Positions 49,359 to 58,626 of a stretch of DNA of 64,000 bases are shown in pieces (positions within the stretch are counted from its first letter, which is position 1; each line of letters starts with the position of its first letter). Made by a program: the position numbers and the translations under genes. The notes beneath the pieces are model-generated. The model was not told the DNA's origin, made no database searches, and saw nothing but the letters and a program-made list of their open reading frames with translations. The DNA is from an uncultured Planctomycetaceae bacterium (GTDB lineage Bacteria; Planctomycetota; Planctomycetia; Isosphaerales; Isosphaeraceae): positions 384,001-448,000 of the forward strand of contig CAWIAD010000002.1 of assembly GCA_963833985.1 (NCBI GenBank). The letters are read 5' to 3'.

Positions 49359-51867
49359 ATGAGCAGCAACAACGACGAGCCGCGTGAAACAGACCTGACC
49401 GGGTCGCTGGCGACCCGGCAAGTGGACCAGATGGTCTCTGCCTGGCGCAACGGCGAGCGCCCGCTGGCCGAGGAATTCCTCGCCAGTCACCCGGAGCTCG
49501 GCCATGAGGCCGCGATCCGTCTCATCTACGAGGAGGTGTGCCTTCGCCTGGAAGCCGGGATGCCTGTCGATCCCGAGGAGATCGCTGCGCGCTTTCCGCG
49601 CTGGAGCGAGGAGCTGAGAATCCTGCTCGACTGCCAGCTTCGCATTCATGAGACGTCTTCCGCACCGCTCTTCCCGGTCGTCGGTGAAGTTCTTGCCGGA
49701 TTCGAGTTGCTGACCGAGTTAGGTCAGGGAGTGTCCGGACGAGTGTTTCTAGCCACTCAACCGTCCCTGGCCGACCGGCCCGTCGTGCTCAAGGTGTCCC
49801 GCCGGGGCCGCGACGAACATCTCTCGCTGGCGCGGTTGCAGCACATGAACATCGTGCCCCTCTTCTCCGAGCACGTACTCCAGGCGCGTGGACTCCAGGT
49901 CCTCTGCATGCCCTTCCTCGGCGGAGCCACGCTCTCCCAGATCCTTGACGCCATGTCCGGAGTACCCGTCGAGAACCGGAGCGGAAAACAGCTTGTCTCC
50001 ACTCTGGATCAGCTCCAGTCACGATTGCCGATCGCACTTCCGGCACAGGGGCCCTTTCGCGATCATTTCGCTCGCTCCAGCTACGAGGCCGCGGTCTGCT
50101 CGATCGCCGCCTGCCTGGCCGATGCCTTGCAGTATGCTCACGACCGGAACCTGATCCACATGGACGTCAAGCCGTCCAACGTGCTGCTCGCCGCCGACGG
50201 CCAGCCGATGCTCCTGGACTTCCACCTGGCCAGAGAACCCATCGGCAGGGGCACCGCCCCGACCTGGATGGGCGGAACTCCGGAATTCATGGCACCCGAG
50301 CAGAGACGTGCCCTGGAATGCGTGCGCGAACGCAAGCCCATAACCCGGGTGGTGGATCGCCGGGCTGACCTCTACTCGCTCGGGTTGTTGCTGTACGACG
50401 CATTGGGTGGACGGCGGACCGCTTCCGCCGCGCCCCTCGCACCCCTTCACTCGCTCAATCCACGAGTCTCTCCGGGGCTCTCGGACATCGTCCGGAAGTG
50501 CCTGAATGCTGAGCCAGGCGGCCGGTATTCCGACGCCCTGGCGCTGGCGACAGACCTGCGAAGACACCTGGCGGACCTGCCTCTCAAAGGGGTCCGAGAT
50601 CGCAGCCCCCTGGAGCGGTGGCGGAAATGGCGGCGCCGTCATCCCACGGCCCTCTCACGCAACCTGATCCTGCTTGCACTGGCCCTGGCATCTCTCGCAA
50701 TCGTGACGCTCGCCTGGACCTCCTATCGCCAGCGCGTCAGCGTTGTCAAGGCGGCACTGATTGATAGCACCTCGCAACTGAAGCATCGCCAGTACGCCGA
50801 AGCCGTCGCGACGTTGCGGCGTAACCTCCCCCTCGCCGAGAGCCTGCCCGGTGCTGCCTCCTACCGGCACGCGCTGCGCGAGAACCTGCTCCTGGCTCAA
50901 AGAAACGAACAGGCCGTGGAATTGCACCGCTTTGCCGAGCTGCTCCGTTTTCGGTATGGAGTGGGAAACCCTTCGCCCGAGGAGGCCGAGTGGTTCCTTC
51001 CGCTCGCCCATTCCATCTGGGAGGTCCGCCGCGTTCTCGCCGCGACCGTGGAAAACAGCAACGAGGCCGAGATCCAGCAGCGGATCCAGGAAGACATGCA
51101 CGAATTCGTCGTACTCTGGGCTGATCTGCGCGTGCGTAACGCCGCACCAGGGGAGAGCAGTGCGGTCCGCCGCCAGGTACTGGAGCTTCTTGACGAGGCA
51201 GAGACCCTGTTTGGCCCAAGCCTGTTTCTGGACCGCTGCCGCCAGGAGTCCGCCAGGGCCCTGGGACAAACCCTCGCCCCGGCGTTGCAATCCCGCGCAC
51301 CCAGCTCCGCATGGGAACACTACGAGTGGGGTCGCGTCGACCTGAGGGCCGGCAACCTGGAACGTGCGGCTGACGAGTTCCAGGCCGGACTGGAAGAGCA
51401 CCCGGAGGACTTCTGGCTCAACTTCTTCCAGGGCCTGTGCGCTTACCGCCGCGGCCGGTTCCAGCAGGCGGTCACCGCTTTCGCCGTCTGCTGTGCCCTT
51501 TCGCCGCAGACCGCGGAGTGCTACTACAACCGCGCCCTGGCCTACCAGGCGCTTGGCGAGAGCGAGGCTGCCCTCAAGAACTACAGCCTGCGCGCTGCGC
51601 CTCAACAATCATCTCACCGACGCCGCATTGAACCAGGGAATTCTGCTCTACAAGTCGGGACGCCTGAGCGAGGCAAACACAGCACTCGTGCAAGCGCTGG
51701 ACACCACAAACCTGCCGGCGAAACTGGGCGAGATCCGCTACACCCTGGCCCTTATCGAGCTGGCCAAAGAGAACCGGTCCGGCGCCCTCGAGCACCTGAG
51801 GTCGGCATCGAAGTACGGCCATGCGGCCGCACGCGACCTCAGCGAACGAATGCGCAGCGGTCGATAG
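49359..51867 (+). CDS. Ser/Thr kinase with TM and TPR repeats; apparent frameshift ~51587
   Basis: LGQGVSG, HMDVKPSN, LDFHLA and GTPEFMAPEQ motifs; TPRs (CYYNRALAY...) continue in ORF 51364-51867 (ALRLNNHLTDAALNQG). Confidence 0.88.
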
Positions 51868-51887
51868 TCTAGCTGGTATGGGCGGTC

Positions 51888-53084
51888 TCACGACCGGGGC
51901 GGCCTGGGCGAGAGCAGCTTGATCGTACGGTGCATCTGGGCAACGACCTCGGCATCCTGGTCGGCGGCGAGCGATTTGACGGCGTTCACCGCCTCCTCGG
52001 AACGCCTCGACGAGGCCTTCGCGAGGTTCGCCGCCGCCATGATGCGCACTCCCGGGTCTTCATCCTTGAGCGCCCGCAGCAGGGCCTGGAAACCAGCGTC
52101 GCTGTTTGGGCTCAGGCCGAAGACCGCCGCGAACCGCTGCGCCGGGTCCTTGCTCTGTGCGGCAGCAAGGGCCGGAAACTCCTTCGACTTGACGATCTTT
52201 TCCAGGGAAAGCTCCGCCCCTTCCTGGAGCTGCCTCTGCCCGGACAGGTAAGCCTTGTAGATCAGCGGGCAGGAAGCCGCGTGATCCTCGGGGAAGTTGC
52301 CCAGCGCCGTGATGGCCCTGGCCTGGACATAGAGATCGGGATCCGCGGCAAGCTTGCTCAGCGCGGCCAACGCACCGGGCGCCTCGGGGCCGATCTCGCC
52401 CAGCAGCCGGGCCACGTCGCTACGAACTTCGGAAACGGGATCGCCGGCCAGGTCCACGAGCTTTTTCTGGACCGCGGGATCGTGTGGACCAATTCGGCCC
52501 AGGGCCACGATTGCGCCGGCGCGCGCGTGATCGCGCTGGGTCCGTGCAATGAATTCCTGCGCGGCCTCCGGAGTGGCCGCGGGGGTTGCAGGCTCTGATC
52601 CGGGATGGTCCGATGCGGGCTCGGGTGTAGCGGCCTGGATGAGCGCCGGAAGGGCCTGTTTCGGGTCGACATTGAGTGCGGGCAAGGTTCCCGCGGCCAT
52701 GGCCCGCACGCGCGGTTCGGCATCCGCAAGGGCCCCGATCAGGGCTGCTGCCGCCTCTGCAAGATGCGGATCGTCGGGCTTGACGACATGCAGACTACCC
52801 ACGGCTGCCAGGCGAACCTCCGGATCACGATCGCGCACCGCGCCGACGAGCGCCGGGACGACGCGGTCGGCCTCCCGATCAGCCTGCCGCGCCAGTTCCA
52901 CCACGGCAGTCCTGCGCTCGGATGTCGAGCCGTCCTGGAGGTTGCGAAGCTGGCTGGCGACCGGATCCGAGGTATTGCCGGCGCGACGGATCGGCAAGAA
53001 GGCGTAGATCAGCAACAGGATCAGGCCCAGAAGCCAGAGCAGCTCTCGAAGGCCCACCCGGGGCTTTTTCCAGTCCCACTGCAT
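51888..53084 (-). CDS. N-terminally membrane-anchored HEAT-repeat protein
   Basis: TM helix followed by repeated L.D.D..VR..AA..L units. Confidence 0.85.
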   Translation of the reverse strand: MQWDWKKPRVGLRELLWLLGLILLLIYAFLPIRRAGNTSDPVASQLRNLQDGSTSERRTAVVELARQADREADRVVPALVGAVRDRDPEVRLAAVGSLHVVKPDDPHLAEAAAALIGALADAEPRVRAMAAGTLPALNVDPKQALPALIQAATPEPASDHPGSEPATPAATPEAAQEFIARTQRDHARAGAIVALGRIGPHDPAVQKKLVDLAGDPVSEVRSDVARLLGEIGPEAPGALAALSKLAADPDLYVQARAITALGNFPEDHAASCPLIYKAYLSGQRQLQEGAELSLEKIVKSKEFPALAAAQSKDPAQRFAAVFGLSPNSDAGFQALLRALKDEDPGVRIMAAANLAKASSRRSEEAVNAVKSLAADQDAEVVAQMHRTIKLLSPRPPRS

Positions 53085-53152
53085 CGCTCACCCCGGATTG
53101 CAAAACGGCCTGCCGGCGAAGCAACGCCGGTCTTTCCAGGAAAACCCGATGG

Positions 53153-53650
53153 CTACTTCGAGGCTGTCTCCGATGGCTGGTCGAGGTCAATGGTCAGGTG
53201 ACAGGGTCCATCAATCGTGCGGACGATCGGCGAGCTCTCCGGTCCGAACTGGTTCTTGAGGAGATCCTCATCCCGGTTGGGTGCGTTCTGGCGCTTTCCG
53301 ACCTTGGCTCCGTCCGTTGGTTTGAGGGTACCCGTCTTGTGCTTGCGAATGACCGCAATCCGGTACTTACCCGCCGGGATGCCGTGACCCTCGAGGCCGG
53401 GCACCTCGTAGGTCGCCTCGCTCTTGAGGCGTGCCATGTACGGCTGATGCTCGAAATTCTCGCCGGGAACCGAGCTTTTCCGTTCCATTCCATAGAAGGT
53501 CACCTGAACGCTCTGGTTCTCAGGAGCGACGAAGGGCTGACCTCCCTTGACAAGATCGACTGTCACCCAGACTGCATCGGAGGAGCCGCAGCCGGGTAAA
53601 ACCAGGACCAGACAGCAGACTCCGGACATCAGACAGAGAGGGCCACGCAC
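53153..53650 (-). CDS. Small lipoprotein (typical partner of DUF1559 genes)
   Basis: Lipobox LPGC; GIPAGKYRIAV and SPIVRTI beta-sandwich motifs. Start uncertain (53629-53764). Confidence 0.7.
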   Translation of the reverse strand: MRGPLCLMSGVCCLVLVLPGCGSSDAVWVTVDLVKGGQPFVAPENQSVQVTFYGMERKSSVPGENFEHQPYMARLKSEATYEVPGLEGHGIPAGKYRIAVIRKHKTGTLKPTDGAKVGKRQNAPNRDEDLLKNQFGPESSPIVRTIDGPCHLTIDLDQPSETASK

Positions 53651-53767
53651 GTTAAGGCTCCCAGGGTGCAGAGAGGCCGGTGAAGGCTCGTGGCAGGGCG
53701 AGCCTGCACCGGGTGTGGAAGCGATCCAGTTCATCAGCTCGACGACGAGCTGATCGAGTTTCACGCG

Positions 53768-54982
53768 TCAATACTGATCTGCGCTGATGATCCGCCCATC
53801 GTTACTGACAATCAGGGAGAACCAGGTGACATTGGAGATCGAGTTTTTGATAAAGCGGACGCTGCCATCTCCGAGCCCAATGTTCACGCCGCCCGGGTGC
53901 AGGCTGCGTGCCTGCCCGCCGCTGTTGTTCAGGCCGTCTCCCTGTCCCTGGTGATCCGGAGAGCTGGTGTTGCAGGGCATGCCCAGCGCAGCCAGGTTCG
54001 GTACGCGGGCCCACGTGGAGAGGCAGGTCTGAAGCTCGTCACCACCGTCGTCAGATCCCGGAGGAGGACCGGCCCAGTTCATGCTATTGGGAGTGGGGTT
54101 GTAGGAACGGGTTTCACAGCAGAAGCTGGCTCCGGAAAAGCCCATTGCCCAGGTTCCCCGGATATCGATCGTGGAGATTCCACTCCGCATCTCGGCGAAG
54201 AACGCGGTGTTGGTCGTACCATCCGTCACCGCGGCATAGGAGACGCCGAAGTTCACTCCCATCACACCGCGCTTGGAACTCGGAGGAAACGGGGCGTTGT
54301 TGTTCCCCTCCACGCCGTTGACCGTGTGGTCGCTGTCCGTGCCGCCCTCGACCGCGCCATAGTTCCCGCGGGCCCAGTTCATGAGCAGCACACCGCTCCG
54401 CGGATCGTTCGGAAGCGTCCCCGACAGATACTGATCGTTCGCATCCGAGGCACTGCCCAGAAAGTTGTTTGCCGTGTCGTTGTAGCCGTCGGAGGGACAG
54501 ACAAAGACATTCAGCCGCGTGGCGCGAAGCGTCGAGTTCGCCCAGTCCATGTTGTACAGGTTGTTGTTCGGGATCTGTACGCCGTCGGGCGACATGTACG
54601 GCCCGTTGAAGCCCGGATAGCCGTTGACGTTCGATGCGTTGTAGAGCGTCTGCTGTTCCAGGAACGGCAGAAGCTGTACGGCCCAGTTCGGGCCGAAGGG
54701 ATGGTAGAAGTCGCTGACCGTGTAGTCGCCGGCCGTCTGGTTGTTCAGGCCCAGGGCCCACGGCTCGTACACACCCATCGGCAGCTTGTTGTTCACCGAC
54801 ACGAAGTTGGCAGCCGCCAGACCGAGCTGCTTCAGGTTGTTGACGCATTGCGCCCGCCGGGCTGCCTCGCGGGCGGACTGAACCGCGGGCAAAAGCAGTG
54901 AGATCAAGACCGCGATGATGGCGATGACCACCAGCAGTTCAATCAGGGTGAATCCACGTCGATTCTTCGGTCCGAGAGCCAT
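53768..54982 (-). CDS. DUF1559 prepilin-type N-terminal cleavage/methylation protein
   Basis: RRGFTLIELLVVIAIIAVLISLLLPAVQSAREAARRAQC.NNLKQ, TDGTTNT and HPGGVNIGLGDGSVRF (H-X9-DG) motifs. Confidence 0.95.
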   Translation of the reverse strand: MALGPKNRRGFTLIELLVVIAIIAVLISLLLPAVQSAREAARRAQCVNNLKQLGLAAANFVSVNNKLPMGVYEPWALGLNNQTAGDYTVSDFYHPFGPNWAVQLLPFLEQQTLYNASNVNGYPGFNGPYMSPDGVQIPNNNLYNMDWANSTLRATRLNVFVCPSDGYNDTANNFLGSASDANDQYLSGTLPNDPRSGVLLMNWARGNYGAVEGGTDSDHTVNGVEGNNNAPFPPSSKRGVMGVNFGVSYAAVTDGTTNTAFFAEMRSGISTIDIRGTWAMGFSGASFCCETRSYNPTPNSMNWAGPPPGSDDGGDELQTCLSTWARVPNLAALGMPCNTSSPDHQGQGDGLNNSGGQARSLHPGGVNIGLGDGSVRFIKNSISNVTWFSLIVSNDGRIISADQY

Positions 54983-55242
54983 GGTGCGTTCTCCATGTGT
55001 TGCGTTCAAAGTGTAAATCAGTCAGCATGCGGCTCATCTTGAACGCTCCGTCATTTTGTATGCTGCAAATGCAAAACGCAATAGCAAATCTGATGATGTT
55101 TACATTATGATATTGTTAAGAAAAAGCATACGCCTTGTGTAGAGCCCGTGATGAATCTTTGAAGGCAGTGCCCTTTCCGACGCATCGACAGCTCCAGAAT
55201 GTTTAGTCTCTGGAATCTTGCATTGATTATAGATCTTGATGG

Positions 55243-56787
55243 TTACAGGACTTGCAGCGCGGCCGCGGCTGGCCGGGAGGCCCGGTCTGGAAGAAGTCGA
55301 TTCGAGCCGCCCGGACCTCCCGAGATCTGGCAAGGTCGATTCTGACGCATGTCGTCACTCGCGCGGCGATTTCGAGTAGGGCCGGTTCGCGACTTCAGGG
55401 GTCGGGGCCGCGCAGGGTGCACGGCCGAACGATCCGGAGCGGCCTGTTCCAGCGTGCACGAAATGAGGGCAGGCGCCCCGATCGCCAGCAGCAGATCGGC
55501 CTGGGCCTGGCTGGCCGCCCAGAGCGCATCAAGCTCGGTGTTCTTCAGCTGCATCACCCGTTGCTGGGCCTGCAAGAGTTTCGTCACGTCCGTCTGGCCC
55601 TGCTGGAAGAGATCTTCGACCTGCCTGGCGACTTGTGTCAGACCCGCGGAAAGACTGCGGGTTCGCTCCACAAGCTGAACGGCGTTGTTCCATTTCCCCA
55701 GAGTGGCCCGCACCTGAGCAACGGCGCGCTGCTGGGCCTGGCGCAGGGCCTGATGCGCCCGGCAGTGGTCGGCCTCACGCTGGCGGAGCAGGGGCCCCCC
55801 GCTGTTCATGACGGGAATCGGCGTGACGTAGATGAACCCGATATATTGCAGGCCCGCTTCGTCGATCTCGTACTGCGGGCCGACGATCGGTGTGGGGATC
55901 CGGTCGGCCCGCGCCAGGTTCTCGGCCGCCTTGGTTCCGGCCACCTGAGATTTCACGGCCTGGATGTCCGGCCGGTACGCCAGGGCCGTCTGGATCAGCT
56001 CGTCCTCGCCGACGGGGGGGATGCAGCTGGGCAAGGCGAACGGCCCGGCTGGCTCGGCTGTGCTCAGCTCTGAGATCCCCAGCTGGTTCCGCAGATCGGC
56101 CAGTGCAACCACGTAGTCCTGTTGCGCCGCCCTGGACAGTTGCCTGACGGCCCGGCTCTCGACCCGGGCGAGGATGACCTCCGCCGGGGCCACCAGGTTC
56201 GCCTCCAGGCGGCTCTGAAGCGAGGCCAGGATCCTGCCATTGAAGTCGGCGAGCCTCCGGGCCAGCGCCAGCTTCTCGCGGCGGTACACGGCGGTCTGAT
56301 AAAAACGGTAGGTCTGGACGAGCGCCGCGAGCTCGGCCTGGCGCACCGTCCAGCGCTGCTGTTCGTAGGCCGCCTGGGCAATGTGGTAACGGTGCGTCGT
56401 CTGGTGTCCCAGCTCGACCGGCTGCCGCAAGGAGAGGTAGATGTATTGCTGCCCCCAGTGGTAATAGGGCCCATGGTTGACGGCCCCACCGGGCCCACTG
56501 AAGGGCTCGAAGGGAATCAGGATCATCGGCCGGTAGTCGATCCAGAGTGTCGGGTTGAGCGTGATCGGGAAATGCCGCGCCACCTCCACGGACTCGAGCG
56601 ACGGAGTCGTGGGAGTGCCCAGCCGCAGGATGTTCAGGTCGGGGTTGGAGCTGAGCGTCCCCTGAAGTGCCGCCTGGAGGCTCAGCGGAGGTGCACTGAT
56701 CGCATCCGGAGCGCTGGCGAGCACTGGACCGGCCGCACCGGAACCCAGGGCCTGAGCCAGCACGGCAAGAATGAGCATGTGTCGCAT
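55243..56787 (-). CDS. TolC-family outer-membrane efflux protein
   Basis: Signal peptide, LSLQAALQGTLSSNPDL, LRQPVELG and ALAYRPDI, with two OEP helical repeats. The last ~45 aa may be out of frame. Confidence 0.85.
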   Translation of the reverse strand: MRHMLILAVLAQALGSGAAGPVLASAPDAISAPPLSLQAALQGTLSSNPDLNILRLGTPTTPSLESVEVARHFPITLNPTLWIDYRPMILIPFEPFSGPGGAVNHGPYYHWGQQYIYLSLRQPVELGHQTTHRYHIAQAAYEQQRWTVRQAELAALVQTYRFYQTAVYRREKLALARRLADFNGRILASLQSRLEANLVAPAEVILARVESRAVRQLSRAAQQDYVVALADLRNQLGISELSTAEPAGPFALPSCIPPVGEDELIQTALAYRPDIQAVKSQVAGTKAAENLARADRIPTPIVGPQYEIDEAGLQYIGFIYVTPIPVMNSGGPLLRQREADHCRAHQALRQAQQRAVAQVRATLGKWNNAVQLVERTRSLSAGLTQVARQVEDLFQQGQTDVTKLLQAQQRVMQLKNTELDALWAASQAQADLLLAIGAPALISCTLEQAAPDRSAVHPARPRPLKSRTGPTRNRRASDDMRQNRPCQISGGPGGSNRLLPDRASRPAAAALQVL

Positions 56788-57144
56788 GAATCTGGCATCC
56801 TGCGTGGTTCGCGACGCTCGAGGCCCCCGACCCTCCGGGTCGCACGCCTGATCCGTGCCTGAGGCGCGGTCCGGAATTTTTCGTTCCGGCTCTCTGCTCT
56901 CATCGGCCCCTTGTGGCGCCAGGCTGTGCCTCGTTTGCCGGATCTGAGCCCCGGAGAGCCGGTTCCAGCCGAGCAATCCGCATCGCCGGATCATCTTCAG
57001 GTCCGGGCGCGACCGCAGGCGACGAAATCTAAGGAAGAACTTAAATTCGCGGGCCTTATGGCGCACTCGCTCCTGCGGGTATGTTAATTCTCTAGGGTGC
57101 AATTTGCCTTTTGTTCAGATGCAGCGGAACAAGGACGCACAGGT

Positions 57145-58626
57145 ATGATCGGGCGCTGGTGGATGCTCGCGGGATTGCTCTGTCTCGGTCTTGCCGGCTG
57201 CCACCCGGAGGGCCAGTCCGAGGAGGCGAAGGACGAGCACGCCGGCGACGGTGAAGCCCACGTGACGGTCCAGGTCGAGCCGGCCCGCAAGGGGACGATG
57301 GTCGAGGCCGTGGAAGGTCTGGGACGGAGCGACGCCCTGCCTTCCAAGCTGGCGATGCTCACACCGGCGGTCGAGGGGCATGTCCACGAGCTGGTCGTGA
57401 AGCTGGGAGACGCCGTCACCAAGGGCCAGCCAATCGTCGAGCTGGACAAGTCCGTGGCCCTGGCCGACCTCGCCGAGAAGACCGCCACTCGCGACGGGCT
57501 GAAGGCCTCGCTGGCCCTGCTGAAATCGATTCCCCGTCCCCAGGAGCGGCGGTCGAACGAGCTGGCCGTGGAGCAGGCGAAGGTGGGCCTGGAGCGCGCC
57601 AGGGCAGCCGCCGACCGGCTGCGGCCGCTCTTCGCCCAGCATGAGGTCTCCGAGCAGCAGGTCTTCGAGGCCGACCTGGCGGTCACCTCCGCGCGGCTGC
57701 TTCAGCAAACGGCCGAGGCCCAGCTCCAGGTCATGGTGATCGGACCGCGGCCAGAGGCCGTCACCGAGGCGGAAGCCAGGATCCAGGTGGCCGAGGGCGC
57801 GGTCGCGTTCTCCAAGGCCCATCTCGACCTGCATACCATCCGTGCCCCCATCGACGGCGTGCTCGACAGCCTGGGCTGCCATCCCGGGCAGACGATCGCC
57901 ATCGGCACGCCAATTGGCGAGGTCATCGATACCCGGCAGGTGCACGTCTCGGTCTACCTCCCGGCCCGGTCGGCGCAGCTCGTCCGCGTGGGCCAGAAAG
58001 CCCGCGTGCGGGTCGTCGAATCGCACAGTGGTTCGTCGGAGGTCTCGGCCAGCCTGGAGGAAGGGCTCGAGGGCAAGGTCGATTTCGTGGGCCGGCTGGC
58101 GGACGCGCAGACGGGCAACCTGCCTGTTCTGATCCTGGTTGACAACCCCGACGGGCGGATCAGCATCGGCCAGACCATGGGGGTGACCATCGCCGTGAGC
58201 GAGCAGCAGGACGTGCTCGAGGTTCCCTCTGCCGCGGTCATCGACCAGGGCGAAGGTCCAGTGCTGACCGTCGTCCGCGACGGCAAGTCCGTGGCCCTGC
58301 ATCCCGAGCTCGGCCGTTCCCAGGGCGGCTGGGTGGCCGTCTCCCAGACGGACCTCAAGGAAGGAGAACCGGTCATCGTGGATGGCGGCTACAACCTGCC
58401 AGAGGGAACGGCCGTCAAGACCGAGGACGCCCGGGCCAAGACCGAGGAGAAGGGCGAAAACGACGAGGGAAAGGAGGCAAAACATGACGACAAGGAAGAG
58501 AATGCCGAAGGTAAGGACGGCAAGGTGGAACCCCCCGCTCGGAAGGCCGAAGCGAACGAAGGAAAAGCCGAAACCGCTCCGGTGAAGCCAGAGACGGCCA
58601 GGCCCGCCGCGGAGCACGAGGAATGA
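57145..58626 (+). CDS. RND efflux membrane-fusion (adaptor) lipoprotein
   Basis: Lipobox LAGC, lipoyl-like halves (VKLGDAVTKGQ, IRAPIDG), VPSAAV, LKEGEPVIVDG, and a charged tail. Confidence 0.9.
   Translation: MIGRWWMLAGLLCLGLAGCHPEGQSEEAKDEHAGDGEAHVTVQVEPARKGTMVEAVEGLGRSDALPSKLAMLTPAVEGHVHELVVKLGDAVTKGQPIVELDKSVALADLAEKTATRDGLKASLALLKSIPRPQERRSNELAVEQAKVGLERARAAADRLRPLFAQHEVSEQQVFEADLAVTSARLLQQTAEAQLQVMVIGPRPEAVTEAEARIQVAEGAVAFSKAHLDLHTIRAPIDGVLDSLGCHPGQTIAIGTPIGEVIDTRQVHVSVYLPARSAQLVRVGQKARVRVVESHSGSSEVSASLEEGLEGKVDFVGRLADAQTGNLPVLILVDNPDGRISIGQTMGVTIAVSEQQDVLEVPSAAVIDQGEGPVLTVVRDGKSVALHPELGRSQGGWVAVSQTDLKEGEPVIVDGGYNLPEGTAVKTEDARAKTEEKGENDEGKEAKHDDKEENAEGKDGKVEPPARKAEANEGKAETAPVKPETARPAAEHEE

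Noticed and set aside
58430..58620. Purine-rich quasi-repeat stretch
   Set aside because: It encodes the Glu/Lys-rich tail of the RND adaptor and is not a DNA repeat element.
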